A DNA stretch of 64,000 bases from Candidatus Sungiibacteriota bacterium (lineage in GTDB: Bacteria; Patescibacteriota; Minisyncoccia; Sungbacterales; HO2-52-23): NCBI GenBank assembly GCA_016180435.1, contig JACPBG010000003.1, forward strand, positions 77,791-141,790, in the 5' to 3' direction. The translations under genes were made by a program, and so were the position numbers. The number at the start of each line of letters is the position of its first letter. The first letter of the stretch is position 1. Under the pieces are notes generated by a model. The model saw nothing but the letters and a program-made list of their open reading frames with translations, was not told the DNA's origin and searched no databases. Positions 26,938-36,702 of this stretch are shown one piece after another.

Positions 26938-26938
26938 A

Positions 26939-29071
26939 ATGCCAAGAGAATATCCTTTAGAGAGTACCAGAGATATCGGCATTATTGCCCATATTGATGC
27001 CGGAAAAACGACCGTAACCGAGCGGGTGCTTTTTTATACCGGCGTATCGCATAAAATCGGCGAGGTGCATGAGGGCGATACGGTGATGGATTGGATGGAG
27101 CAAGAGCGCGAAAGGGGAATTACTATTACGGCGGCCGCAACGAATGTGTTTTGGGTGCCGACGCATGTCGGAGAACTTAGAACTGAGAACTTAGAACTTA
27201 GAAAAAAGAACGAATACAGAATAAATATCATAGATACTCCGGGACATATTGATTTTACCGTGGAGGTTCAGCGCTCACTTCGGGTATTGGATGGCGCGGT
27301 GGTGGTTTTTGACGGAGTGGCCGGAGTTGAGCCGCAATCCGAAACCGTCTGGCGCCAAGCCGATAAATTTAAAGTTCCGCGCATGTGTTTTATAAATAAG
27401 CTTGACCGCATGGGCGCGTCATTTGAGCGCTCGCTCAATTCCATTTATGAGCGACTAACCCCGAATGCGGTTTCGGTGGCAATACCCATAGGACACGAAC
27501 AGGAACACGAAGGCGTGATTGACCTTATGCGCATGAAGTCCGTGAAGTTTCTGGGAGATAAAGGAGAAAAACTTGAATTTGTTGAGATACCCGAGAATTT
27601 GAAATCCTATGCCGAGGAATGGCGCCATAAAATGGTTGAAAAAATTTCGGAAACGGATGACGCGCTTACGGATAAATATCTGGAAGGCAAAGAGATGACT
27701 GTCGAGGAACTGCGTGGCGCTTTACGCCGCGCGACCATTGGATATCGGCTGGTTCCGGTATTTTGCGGATCGGCGCTTAAAAATAAAGGCGTGCAGTTGA
27801 TGCTGGACGGTGTGGTTGATTATCTGCCCTCTCCTTTGGATATGCCGCCGGTAAAAGGAACTCATCCCAAAACCGGTGCGGAAGAAATTCGCGAAGCGAA
27901 AGATGATGCGCCATTTGCCGCGCTTGCTTTTAAATTGCAAACCGATCCTTATGTGGGACAACTTACATATTTTAGGGTTTATTCGGGCATGCTTAAAGCC
28001 GGATCTTATGTTTTAAATTCGGTAAATGGAGATCAGGAGAGGGTGGGGCGGATTTTGCGCATGCATGCCAATACCCGCGAGGAACTGAAAGAAATCGGCG
28101 CCGGAAATATCGGTGCGATTGTCGGTCTTAAAAATACCCGTACCGGAGATACGCTTTGCGATCCGGAGCATCCGGTTGTGCTTGAAAAAATCGTATTTCC
28201 CGAGCCGGTGGTATCTTTGAAAATTGAGCCCAAGACCAAGGCTGACCAGGAAAAAATGGGACTGGCCCTGCGGCGTCTGGGCGAGGAGGACCCGACATTT
28301 CGCATTAAAGGCGACATTGAGACCGGTGATACCATTATTTCGGGTATGGGTGAACTTCATTTGGAAATTATTGTGGATCGCATGAAGCGCGAATTTTCCG
28401 TGGAGGCCAATGTGGGCCGGCCGCAGGTGGCTTATAAAGAAACCATTAAAAAAACCGCGGAAGCGGAAGGAAAATATATTCGTCAATCAGGCGGACGCGG
28501 ACAGTACGGACATGCGTGGCTTCGGGTTGAGCCGCGCGAGCGCGGAAAGGGATTTGAATTTCTTGACGAGATCAAAGGCGGTATAATTCCGCAAGAATAC
28601 ATTCCGGCGATTGAAAAAGGGATTAAGGAGGCCATGGAAAAAGGTGTTTTGGCGGGGTACCCACTGGTTGATATGGCGGTCGCGGTTTATGACGGATCAT
28701 ATCATGAAGTGGATTCGTCCGAGGCCGCATTCAAAATCGCGGGTTCCATGGCTTTGCAGGAGTGCGTTAAGCGCGCGGGACTTGTGCTGCTTGAGCCGAT
28801 TATGAAAGTGGAGGTTGTGACTCCGGAGCAGTTTCTGGGCGAGGTTACCGGGGATTTGAATTCCAAGCGTGCGCGGATTGAAGAAATGTCCGAGCGCGGC
28901 CTGGGAATTAAGGTGATTGACTGCAAAGTTCCGCTTTCGGAAATGTTCGGATATGTTACGACTCTTCGTTCCTTGACGCAAGGCAGAGCCAGTTTTACTA
29001 TGGAATTTGATCACTACGAGGAAGTCCCGAATAATATTGCGCAGCTTATAATTGAAGGGAAGCGGCAGTGA
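26939..29071 (+). CDS. fusA: elongation factor G
   Basis: [23 protein letters not shown]. Confidence 0.99.
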   Translation: MPREYPLESTRDIGIIAHIDAGKTTVTERVLFYTGVSHKIGEVHEGDTVMDWMEQERERGITITAAATNVFWVPTHVGELRTENLELRKKNEYRINIIDTPGHIDFTVEVQRSLRVLDGAVVVFDGVAGVEPQSETVWRQADKFKVPRMCFINKLDRMGASFERSLNSIYERLTPNAVSVAIPIGHEQEHEGVIDLMRMKSVKFLGDKGEKLEFVEIPENLKSYAEEWRHKMVEKISETDDALTDKYLEGKEMTVEELRGALRRATIGYRLVPVFCGSALKNKGVQLMLDGVVDYLPSPLDMPPVKGTHPKTGAEEIREAKDDAPFAALAFKLQTDPYVGQLTYFRVYSGMLKAGSYVLNSVNGDQERVGRILRMHANTREELKEIGAGNIGAIVGLKNTRTGDTLCDPEHPVVLEKIVFPEPVVSLKIEPKTKADQEKMGLALRRLGEEDPTFRIKGDIETGDTIISGMGELHLEIIVDRMKREFSVEANVGRPQVAYKETIKKTAEAEGKYIRQSGGRGQYGHAWLRVEPRERGKGFEFLDEIKGGIIPQEYIPAIEKGIKEAMEKGVLAGYPLVDMAVAVYDGSYHEVDSSEAAFKIAGSMALQECVKRAGLVLLEPIMKVEVVTPEQFLGEVTGDLNSKRARIEEMSERGLGIKVIDCKVPLSEMFGYVTTLRSLTQGRASFTMEFDHYEEVPNNIAQLIIEGKRQ

Positions 29072-29279
29072 TGCCAATCCAATGCGAATTTAATGTTTAC
29101 CCCGTTAGATAATAACCTTTTTTAAAAAGATGTGCTGTTGTTGTAAAAACCCTTTTAAAAATTTTATTGGTTGTCAAGAGATATCTAACGGGGCGAGTCT
29201 GGCGAATTGCGAATACTAAACACAAGATTTTATTAGCAATTTGTAGATTAGCATTTCATTTGTAGATTTGCATCATTGC
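29065..29279 (+). repeat. family A hairpin supplying the fusA stop, interrupted by a family B MITE
   Basis: gCAG TGAtgccaatc...gatttgcatcattgc. Confidence 0.9.
29100..29193. mobile_element. MITE family B nested in a family A arm
   Basis: ccccgttagat...atctaacgggg replacing ccaa of the consensus taatgccaatctgg. Confidence 0.8.
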
Positions 29280-29318
29280 GTGCGAAGCACAAATAAAAAA
29301 TAGCGGCGTGGGACCGCA

Positions 29319-29504
29319 TTAAGGCAAAAAGAGCGAGTCAATTTTAAACTTTAGTATATACACCCAACCGGCGCCTGCCACAATAATTGCAATAAAAATA
29401 AGAAAAGCGCCCCAGTCGAATTCGTAGATAAAACGTACGAGCGAAAATAAAATTTCAGAGATAGGACCTCGATCCGGCAGGGTGGGTAAAGAATATTCGT
29501 GCAT
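29319..29504 (-). CDS. small membrane protein
   Basis: 61 aa with one TM helix; upstream TTGACA and downstream gcgg..ccgc-U-tract terminator. Confidence 0.5.
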   Translation of the reverse strand: MHEYSLPTLPDRGPISEILFSLVRFIYEFDWGAFLIFIAIIVAGAGWVYILKFKIDSLFLP

Positions 29505-29571
29505 AGCATTCTTTGTAATATATTATAGAGATCTATATTATGGACATATCAAAACTAAAAAATCTTGTCAA

Positions 29572-29676
29572 CCCCGTTAGAGAGAAACAAACACATCAGT
29601 TATTGGGGAAAAGGTTATGTGTTAAAATAAAGGCGCTGTTTGCATGATTATCATTCCCTGTTTCTTTCTAACGGGG
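29572..29676. mobile_element. MITE family B with TCAA direct repeats
   Basis: tcaa-ccccgttaga...tctaacgggg-tcaa. Confidence 0.85.
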
Positions 29677-29723
29677 TCAAGGCGAATCTTGACTTTATAT
29701 CAAAGATGGGATAAGTTTTTAAT

Positions 29724-29942
29724 ATGTCAATGGTCATAGAAAAAAAATATCACAAAAGTATTAGTGAGGTTTCGCGAAAGATGGGAATTAGAGAAAATGA
29801 TCTAGTGGGTCGTGCACTCGCTCTTTATTTAGATAGCGCAAAAAAAATTCTTGATGTAGAAAAAGAATTTAAGGCATGGGACGTTTTGAGCGATGAGTCG
29901 TTGGTTGGACTCGCTAAGCGTGTTCCAAGGCGGTCAATATGA
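29724..29942 (+). CDS. putative antitoxin of the MazF toxin
   Basis: Small ORF overlapping the toxin start by 4 nt; EFKAWDVLSDE C-terminal pattern. Confidence 0.7.
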   Translation: MSMVIEKKYHKSISEVSRKMGIRENDLVGRALALYLDSAKKILDVEKEFKAWDVLSDESLVGLAKRVPRRSI

Positions 29943-30265
29943 AAAAGGGTGAAATTTGGTTGGTAGAAATTCCGGGCATTGACGGCCATGAACAGCGGGG
30001 ATTCCGCCCCGCGATTTTTATTGCGGACACCAAGACGGGCGTGGCCATAATTATTCCATGCACTTCTAATTTGCAAGCGCTTCGTTTCCCATTTACTATT
30101 CGTATTGAATCATCTCGCAGTAATGGATTAAATGAATTATCGGTTGCCCTGGTTCTTCAGCTTCGTGCTATTGATAAAAAGAGATTATTGAGAAAAATAG
30201 GACAACTTGATAATTCAGTTCTTAAAGAACTTGACGTGGTGATACGTAATCTTTTAGATTTATAG
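29939..30265 (+). CDS. PemK/MazF family toxin
   Basis: KKGEIWLV...GHEQRGFRPA..PCTS..QLRAIDKKRL. Confidence 0.92.
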   Translation: MKKGEIWLVEIPGIDGHEQRGFRPAIFIADTKTGVAIIIPCTSNLQALRFPFTIRIESSRSNGLNELSVALVLQLRAIDKKRLLRKIGQLDNSVLKELDVVIRNLLDL

Positions 30266-30420
30266 AGGACCAGTTTCGCGTACCCAAATAAAAATAGCGG
30301 CACGAGTCGAGGTAACCCATCGTGCATTCATTCTCGCTCTCCAATAAATAAGAACTACTATGGATATATCAAAATTAAAAAATCTTGTCAAATATATATA
30401 GGAGATGGTATATTGAAGAT

Positions 30421-30675
30421 ATGAAAAAACGACAAAAAATTAAAAAAGAAATCGCCACTTTTAATGCGGTATTTTTGGAAGAAAGCGATGGAGGATACAG
30501 CGTAAGTGTGCCTGCTTTGCCGGGCTGTTTTTCACAGGGTGATACCTTTGAAGCGGCCGTGGAAAATATAAAAGAGGCCATAGAACTTTATCTTGAAGAT
30601 GAATCTAAAGAGATTGATTTTTTGAAAGTTCGCCCTAAAAAAGAATTCATGGTACCAGTTGAACTTTATGCCTAA
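30421..30675 (+). CDS. HicB family antitoxin
   Basis: GGYSVSVPALPGCFSQGDTFE.A..NIKEAIELYL. Confidence 0.92.
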   Translation: MKKRQKIKKEIATFNAVFLEESDGGYSVSVPALPGCFSQGDTFEAAVENIKEAIELYLEDESKEIDFLKVRPKKEFMVPVELYA

Positions 30676-30895
30676 ATTGCCGCAGATTTCGGGAAAAGAG
30701 ATGGGGCGGGTTTTGGCTCGCCTCGGTTTTATATTCAAAAGCCAGAAAGGAAGTCATATGAAATTCATTCGCTTGCATGACGGCGCAAAAGAAATTATAG
30801 TAGTACCAAATCATAAAACGCTTCGTAAAGGAACATTTAGCGGCATATTAAAGCAGCTTAACATCACCTTTGAAAAATTACGCGAGCTGATGTAA
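30668..30895 (+). CDS. HicA family toxin
   Basis: LGF...QKGSH...VVPNH..L.KGT..GILKQ. Confidence 0.92.
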   Translation: MPKLPQISGKEMGRVLARLGFIFKSQKGSHMKFIRLHDGAKEIIVVPNHKTLRKGTFSGILKQLNITFEKLRELM

Positions 30896-30927
30896 TAAAA
30901 AATAGCGGTGCGGGTTCGTACACACAT

Positions 30928-31230
30928 ATGAGTGAAAAAATGGAAAAATTGAAAAGCGAAATATCTCCCGAAGAATATAAAAAAAAGCTTCTCACTGTTG
31001 CCGGCGAACTTTTCAAAGGGAAAGTCCCAAATTATTTCCTTGAATATCTTGATAATGATGAAATTGAAAGTGCCAGAGTATCACTTTTAGGCGCGATTGA
31101 TGCGTTCGTTTTTGGAAAAAATATATCAGATGAAGAAGCAAAAACAAAATATGAAATTCTGGGTTTTGATCCGGAGGAAGCAAGTAGGATCAGAAACTTA
31201 AGCAAAGCCAATAAAAGAAGATCTCAATAA
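30928..31230 (+). CDS. hypothetical protein
   Basis: 100 aa ORF, no recognised motif. Confidence 0.6.
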   Translation: MSEKMEKLKSEISPEEYKKKLLTVAGELFKGKVPNYFLEYLDNDEIESARVSLLGAIDAFVFGKNISDEEAKTKYEILGFDPEEASRIRNLSKANKRRSQ

Positions 31231-31293
31231 TCAAATTTATTTTGCATTTTATTTTTTACGTTTTGTAGCAGAACAGCGATAAATTTTAAAAAT

Positions 31294-31593
31294 ATGGAGT
31301 GGGTAAAACTCAAAAATTTGGTAAAACAAAATGGAGATAAGTTTGTGTTGGTTGAAAATGGGGAGCCGGAAATTGTGATGATGTCTTTTCATGAATATCA
31401 GAAACTCGCTAATCATAATGCGAATACGGCGAATTTGCGTACGAATGTCACGAATCGCGAAGACGACAACTATTATATGGATGTATCCGCGGGCCGTTTG
31501 CCGGAAACCGAATTTGTATCACCCCACGAGTTAGAAGCGCCCGGACTTCCGGTGCGGCTTGAGGATATCCGGCTGGATGATCTGCCCATTTGA
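31294..31593 (+). CDS. hypothetical protein with Phd/YefM-like N-terminus
   Basis: FVLVENGEPEIVMMSFHEYQKL; acidic tail LDDLPI. Confidence 0.65.
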   Translation: MEWVKLKNLVKQNGDKFVLVENGEPEIVMMSFHEYQKLANHNANTANLRTNVTNREDDNYYMDVSAGRLPETEFVSPHELEAPGLPVRLEDIRLDDLPI

Positions 31594-31610
31594 GGCATTT
31601 TTTTCGGCAT

Positions 31611-31640
31611 TTGACAATGAACCGGCTATTTTGCTAAACT
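31611..31640 (+). promoter_or_regulatory. putative tuf-S10 operon promoter
   Basis: TTGACA-18nt-TAAACT with an extended TG. Confidence 0.55.
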
Positions 31641-31791
31641 TAATTTTGTATTGTGAATTTTATCAATAGACCTACTGCACAAAGATTTTCGTCACGAAAT
31701 TTAAGAATTTCGAGGCAAAATCGCTGAACAAACTTTGCGGCCTATCGCTTAGATAAGCCAAAAAGTAATGTGCGGGTATATAAAAGAAAAT

Positions 31792-32991
31792 ATGGCAGAA
31801 GCCAAAAAATTCGAGCGGACCAAGCCGCATTTAAACGTGGGTACCATAGGGCATGTGGACCATGGTAAAACCACCCTAACCGCGGCCATAACCAAAGTAT
31901 TGAGTTTAAAAGGACTTCCTTCGCGCGTGGAGTCGGTGGATCAGATTGATAATGCTCCCGAAGAAAAAGCGCGTGGAATCACGATCGCGCTTCATCATTC
32001 CGAATACGAATCGGAAAAGCGGCATTACGCCCATATTGATGCCCCCGGACACGCCGACTATATTAAAAACATGATTACCGGCGCTGCCCAGATGGACGGC
32101 GCTATTCTGGTCGTGTCCGCAACTGACGGCCCCATGCCGCAAACCCGCGAGCACATACTTCTTGCTCGCCAAGTAGGAGTGCCGGCTGTTGTGGTGTTTT
32201 TGAACAAATGCGATGCCGTGGAAGATAAAGAACTGATTGATTTGGTTGAAGCCGAAGTTCGCGAACTTTTAAAAAAATATGAATTCCCAGGAGATCAGAC
32301 TCCCATTATACGCGGCTCGGCATTAAAAGCCCTGGACGCAAAATCAGCCGATGATGAATGGGCCAAACCGATAATAGAACTGGTTAGTGTGCTTGATTCT
32401 TATGTTCCGGAGCCTGTGCGCGAAGTTGACAGGCCGTTCCTCATGCCGGCCGAAGACGTTTTTTCAATCGAGGGCCGCGGTACGGTGGTTACCGGCAGGA
32501 TTGAGCGCGGCAAAGTTAAATTGAATGAAGAAGTAGAAATTATCGGTATGCGCGATACGCAAAAGACGATTGTTACCGGAATTGAAATGTTTAATAAATC
32601 GCTGGATGAAGGTATTGCGGGAGATAATGCCGGCATACTTTTGCGCGGACTCAAAAAAGAAGATGTGGAGCGCGGACAAGTGCTTGCCAAGCCGGGATCC
32701 GTAACGCCGCACACGGATTTTGAATCAGAGGTCTATATTTTGACCAAAGAAGAAGGAGGACGCCATACCCCGTTTTTCTCGGGATATAAGCCGCAATTTT
32801 ATATCCGCACCACCGATGTTACGGGGGAGGTTACGCTTGCCCAGGGAACCGAAATGGTAATGCCCGGAGATACTGTTAAATTCATAGTAAAACTCATTGT
32901 GCCGGTGGCTTTAGAGGAAAAACAGCGTTTCGCCATCCGGGAGGGAGGGAAAACAGTTGGAGCCGGAGTGGTTACGAAAATAGTGAAGTAA
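31792..32991 (+). CDS. tuf: elongation factor Tu
   Basis: [26 protein letters not shown]. Confidence 0.99.
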   Translation: MAEAKKFERTKPHLNVGTIGHVDHGKTTLTAAITKVLSLKGLPSRVESVDQIDNAPEEKARGITIALHHSEYESEKRHYAHIDAPGHADYIKNMITGAAQMDGAILVVSATDGPMPQTREHILLARQVGVPAVVVFLNKCDAVEDKELIDLVEAEVRELLKKYEFPGDQTPIIRGSALKALDAKSADDEWAKPIIELVSVLDSYVPEPVREVDRPFLMPAEDVFSIEGRGTVVTGRIERGKVKLNEEVEIIGMRDTQKTIVTGIEMFNKSLDEGIAGDNAGILLRGLKKEDVERGQVLAKPGSVTPHTDFESEVYILTKEEGGRHTPFFSGYKPQFYIRTTDVTGEVTLAQGTEMVMPGDTVKFIVKLIVPVALEEKQRFAIREGGKTVGAGVVTKIVK

Positions 32992-32994
32992 TAA

Positions 32995-33098
32995 GCAGTG
33001 ATGCTAATCCGATGCGAATTTAATGCCAATTTAGCGAATTGCGAATGCGTTATCATTAGCAATTTGTAGATTGGCATAAGATTTGTAGATTGGCATCA
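32995..33098 (+). repeat. family A hairpin (short form)
   Basis: gcagtgatgctaatc...gattggcatca between tuf and rpsJ. Confidence 0.9.
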
Positions 33099-33109
33099 TA
33101 TGTGGTTCC

Positions 33110-33442
33110 TTGGCATCTAAAAAAACAGAAGAAATTAAAACCCGTTTGCGCATCAGAGTTCGGGCTTATGACGCGAAGATTATTGATAATTCCGTAAAGC
33201 AAATTGTGGAGACCGCGATCCGGAATGGCGCGGAGATCGTGGGTCCGGTGCCGCTGCCTACCGAGACCCATAAATATACCGTAAACCGTTCAAGTTTCGT
33301 GCATAAAAACGCGCGCGAGCAGTTTGAGATGCGGGTGCACAAGCGCATGATAGATATTATGAATCCCACACCGCGGACGATTAATGCGCTTACGAATCTG
33401 AATTTGCCGGCGGGAGTGGATATTGAAATAAAAATGATGTGA
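33110..33442 (+). CDS. rpsJ: 30S ribosomal protein S10
   Basis: [28 protein letters not shown]. Confidence 0.97.
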   Translation: MASKKTEEIKTRLRIRVRAYDAKIIDNSVKQIVETAIRNGAEIVGPVPLPTETHKYTVNRSSFVHKNAREQFEMRVHKRMIDIMNPTPRTINALTNLNLPAGVDIEIKMM

Positions 33443-33458
33443 TTTCCGCTCGCTGATG

Positions 33459-33594
33459 CGGTTTCTGCCATTTCATTTTTTCCAAGGCTTCGGCCGCTCC
33501 TGCGGCGGCCTGCAGGGTCGGCGAGACACTCGCGCGTTTCGCGCGAGACCAAGCTGTCTCGCCTCCCATTGCAAAAAATGAAATGCAAAAACCG
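33459..33594 (+). repeat. family G element (short)
   Basis: cttcggccgctcctgcggcggcctgcagggtcggc...cctcccatt with outer arms catttcattttt/aaaaatgaaatg. Confidence 0.85.
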
Positions 33595-33681
33595 TTTTGG
33601 CTCGCTTAGGGGTTTTTAGCGTAGCGCTTCGTCGAGCCAAGTTCGATTTCGCGCCGTTTACGTTAATAAGATGTAATAAAC

Positions 33682-33852
33682 ATGAATTTAGCCAAATGTG
33701 ATAGATGTAAAAAAGTAATCCGAAAGCCTTTGGAAAAAGGAAACATTTCAGTGCGGACTTACGGTATTCAGTGGGAAGGTGTAGATCTGTGTTCTCGCTG
33801 TTCTCCCGCATTTTTGCGATTTTTTAATAAATATGCTAAGGTAAAAAAATAG
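33682..33852 (+). CDS. small CxxC..CxxC zinc-finger protein (56 aa, below the ORF track cutoff)
   Basis: MNLAKCDRCKK...DLCSRCSPAF. Confidence 0.6.
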   Translation: MNLAKCDRCKKVIRKPLEKGNISVRTYGIQWEGVDLCSRCSPAFLRFFNKYAKVKK

Positions 33853-33889
33853 AAGCAAAGGTCGCAAGAAAATATAATTTTTCAAAAAT

Positions 33890-34135
33890 ATGCCAGGAGA
33901 AGGAGCACCGAAAAAATCAAAACAGGATTTACTTGATGAATATCGTATATTGATGGAGGTGTTATTAAAAGATCAGCCTGGAGCAGATTATCATCCTCTC
34001 GATGTTTATGAATTGACGGCTCGACAAGCTGAGTTGCAGAAAGAATTAGGAGAGGAGGCGCGTCCTATAGATGAGGAGTTTGCTGCCAAGAGAAGTGCGT
34101 TTATTGAAACTCTTTCTAAAGAAGGTGAGAAATGA
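33890..34135 (+). CDS. hypothetical protein
   Basis: 81 aa ORF with TATAAT upstream. Confidence 0.55.
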   Translation: MPGEGAPKKSKQDLLDEYRILMEVLLKDQPGADYHPLDVYELTARQAELQKELGEEARPIDEEFAAKRSAFIETLSKEGEK

Positions 34136-34404
34136 TTTTGTTGAAGATCTGAATCTTTCAAGCCGTGTCCATTTAGAAGTGGGCATCCTTGAGCGATTCA
34201 CTCCACATATAACTTTCGTTGAATCTTGCGTACGAAAAATCGGCAATAACGAAAATTATGTGTGGGGTTCAAATCGTTCACTCCCAAGTTGTCAGGGATA
34301 GCTTTAGTTGTAAAGCATGGAATTAAATACTTTTTAGTCCTTTCGTTAAAAAATTTAATCCCATTTCGGTGCAGACCGGGGGATCCGGTTTTTGTTTACC
34401 TTTA

Positions 34405-34542
34405 CCCCGTTAGAACGCCGCCGACTCCTGCTCGCCTCGCTAAAGCTACGGCGAAGCGGGTCGGTGGTAACGAACGATAGAGATAGCCAATGGGAGTGTA
34501 ATGCTCCCATTGGCGGATCGTGAAGCGCCCGTTCTAACGGGG
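34405..34542. mobile_element. MITE family B with TTTA direct repeats and nested hairpins
   Basis: ttta-ccccgttagaacg...cgttctaacgggg-ttta, abutting a family C hairpin. Confidence 0.85.
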
Positions 34543-34624
34543 TTTACGAAATACTAATTGTTACGAATATACGAATCCAAATCGGTTTTATTAGTAAATT
34601 CGTACTGATTCGTATTTCGTAAAG
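34543..34624. repeat. family C hairpin (empty)
   Basis: tttacgaaatac...gtatttcgtaaag before rplC. Confidence 0.9.
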
Positions 34625-34627
34625 TTT

Positions 34628-35251
34628 ATGAAGTTTATCTTAGGTGAAAAAATAGAAATGTCGCAGATTTTTGATAAAGACGGCAATGTGGTACCGGTAA
34701 CTTTGGTGCGGGCAACTCCTAATGTGGTTTTGCGGGTAAAAACCAAAGAAAAAGACGGATATGAAGCGATGCAGGTTGGGTTTGGAATTAGAAAAGCGAA
34801 GAATATAAAAAAATCACAGCTCGGGCATTTCAAAGATTTAGGAAATTTCAGATATGTTCGTGAATTTCGAAAGCTACCAGCTACAAGCTACCAGCTGCCA
34901 GCTCGCGGGGAAAAGATTGATATCTCTATATTTCAAGAGGGAGATAGCGTAAAGGTGAGTGGTATTTCCAAGGGCAAAGGATTCCAGGGCGTGATGAAAC
35001 GGCACGGATTTCATGGGGCTCCGGCGTCGCACGGAACCAAGCATGCGCATCGCGAGCCGGGGTCCATTGGTGGTGCCGGGCGCGCCGGAGGAAGGGTTGC
35101 TAAAGGAATGCGAATGGCGGGACGTATGGGAAGCGATAGGGTTACGGTGAGAAATTTGAAAATCGCGAAAATTGATTTAGAGAATAATATGTTGGCGATA
35201 AAAGGGGCAATTCCCGGAAGAAGAGGAACATTGTTGGAAATTAGAGGGTAA
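34628..35251 (+). CDS. rplC: 50S ribosomal protein L3
   Basis: PVT, KGKGFQGVMKRHGF, HREPGSIG, MAGRMG. Confidence 0.97.
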   Translation: MKFILGEKIEMSQIFDKDGNVVPVTLVRATPNVVLRVKTKEKDGYEAMQVGFGIRKAKNIKKSQLGHFKDLGNFRYVREFRKLPATSYQLPARGEKIDISIFQEGDSVKVSGISKGKGFQGVMKRHGFHGAPASHGTKHAHREPGSIGGAGRAGGRVAKGMRMAGRMGSDRVTVRNLKIAKIDLENNMLAIKGAIPGRRGTLLEIRG

Positions 35252-35253
35252 AA

Positions 35254-35370
35254 CAATAGATTACCACAGATTAATATACAGATTATCACAGATCACAGAT
35301 TTACGTCGTAACGTATTTTTTATCATCTGTGATCGGTGTATATCTGTGAGATATCTGTGAAAATCTGTTG
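35254..35370. repeat. family E hairpin (cacagat/atctgtg units)
   Basis: acagat x5 ... atctgt x5 between rplC and rplD. Confidence 0.85.
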
Positions 35371-35376
35371 GTAAGG

Positions 35377-36015
35377 ATGAAAATCAAAGTTTACAACCAA
35401 GAAGGAAAAGAAGCAGGAACTGCGGATTTGCCGGACGGTGTGTTTGGGTTGAAGTGGAACGCGGATTTGGTGCATCAGGTGGTAACTGGCCAGGCCGCGA
35501 ATTTGCGTAGAGGCACGGCGCATGCTAAAGGCAGAAGTGAAGTTCGCGGAGGCGGGAGAAAACCCTGGCGGCAAAAAGGCACCGGTCGCGCGCGCCATGG
35601 CTCTATCCGTTCTCCCATTTGGATCGGAGGAGGGGTTACGCATGGCCCCTTGAAAGAAAAAAGTTATCATAAAAAAATCAACAAAAAGATGGCAAAAAAA
35701 GCCCTTTTTACGGCACTTTCCGCCAAAGCGCGGGACAATGAAATTGTTATTTTGGAGGACTTGAAATTCTCGGAAGCTAAAACCAGGTATGCCGCAGAAA
35801 TTTTCAGGAATTTATCGCAAGTTGACGCGCTCAAAGACATTGTAAAAGCCAAAACTCTGCTTGCGTTTCCGGAAAAAAGCCATGATTTAAAGCGCGCATT
35901 TCGTAATTTGCCGCGAGTCGGCATGGACGAGGCCAGGAATTTGAATGCGCATGAAGTATTGCAGTACCGTTATATTCTTATGTCCAAAGCTGTGTTAGGA
36001 ATATTTAAGCAGTGA
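35377..36015 (+). CDS. rplD: 50S ribosomal protein L4
   Basis: RSEVRGGGRKPWRQKGTGRARHGSIRSP. Confidence 0.97.
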   Translation: MKIKVYNQEGKEAGTADLPDGVFGLKWNADLVHQVVTGQAANLRRGTAHAKGRSEVRGGGRKPWRQKGTGRARHGSIRSPIWIGGGVTHGPLKEKSYHKKINKKMAKKALFTALSAKARDNEIVILEDLKFSEAKTRYAAEIFRNLSQVDALKDIVKAKTLLAFPEKSHDLKRAFRNLPRVGMDEARNLNAHEVLQYRYILMSKAVLGIFKQ

Positions 36016-36171
36016 TGCCAATCCTATGCGAATTTAATGCCAATCTGGCGAATTGCCAATAAATATTCTTCGAGTGAAATCGAGATGATACCTTAATGTA
36101 TATTCTCGACAAGCTCGAATAGTAACGATTCGTAATTTGTAGATTAGCACTTCATTTGTAGATTCGCATCA
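36009..36171 (+). repeat. family A hairpin (long) supplying the rplD stop
   Basis: gCAG TGAtgccaatc...gattcgcatca. Confidence 0.9.
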
Positions 36172-36176
36172 TATTG

Positions 36177-36587
36177 ATGTCTTTACTCAATTTATTAAAA
36201 AGAAAAAAGGAGCCCGTAGTTAAAGAGAAAGAAGATAAATCTTTCGCTAAGCCAGTTTTAGTTGAACCAAAAGATTCTGTTCAGGATGAAACGGTAGAAA
36301 AAAAATCCGGGAAAGCGGTTTGGGGAGTTATAATCCGCCCGCATGTGACTGAGAAATCTTCCGATGCCGGAGGAGAAAATAAATATATGTTTATTGTGTC
36401 GCAAGGATCAAATAAGCGCTCAATTAAACAGGCGGTAGAGGGGCGTTATGGCGTCTCTGTTAAAAAGGTCGGGGTTCTAACCATGCCGGAAAAGAAACGC
36501 ATGCGTGGACGGCAAACCGGGTGGAGGCAGGGATTCAAGAAAGCAGTGGTAACGCTGAAAGAAGGGCAAGCCATAGAATTGCAGTGA
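36177..36587 (+). CDS. rplW: 50S ribosomal protein L23 (N-terminal extension)
   Basis: IIRPHVTEKS, FKKAVVTLKEG. Confidence 0.95.
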   Translation: MSLLNLLKRKKEPVVKEKEDKSFAKPVLVEPKDSVQDETVEKKSGKAVWGVIIRPHVTEKSSDAGGENKYMFIVSQGSNKRSIKQAVEGRYGVSVKKVGVLTMPEKKRMRGRQTGWRQGFKKAVVTLKEGQAIELQ

Positions 36588-36684
36588 TGCCAATCCAATG
36601 CGAATTTAATGCCAATCTGGCGAATTGCGAATACGTTATCATTAGCAATTTGTAGATTAGCATAAGATTTGTAGATTGGCATCA
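36581..36684 (+). repeat. family A hairpin (short) supplying the rplW stop
   Basis: gCAG TGAtgccaatc...gattggcatca. Confidence 0.9.
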
Positions 36685-36702
36685 TGTTGTGCGAAGCACG
36701 AT

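Noticed and set aside
25501-29071. Genome-wide AGA-to-Ser reassignment suggested by the odd tRNA
   Set aside because: AGA encodes conserved Arg residues in S12, EF-G and other ribosomal proteins
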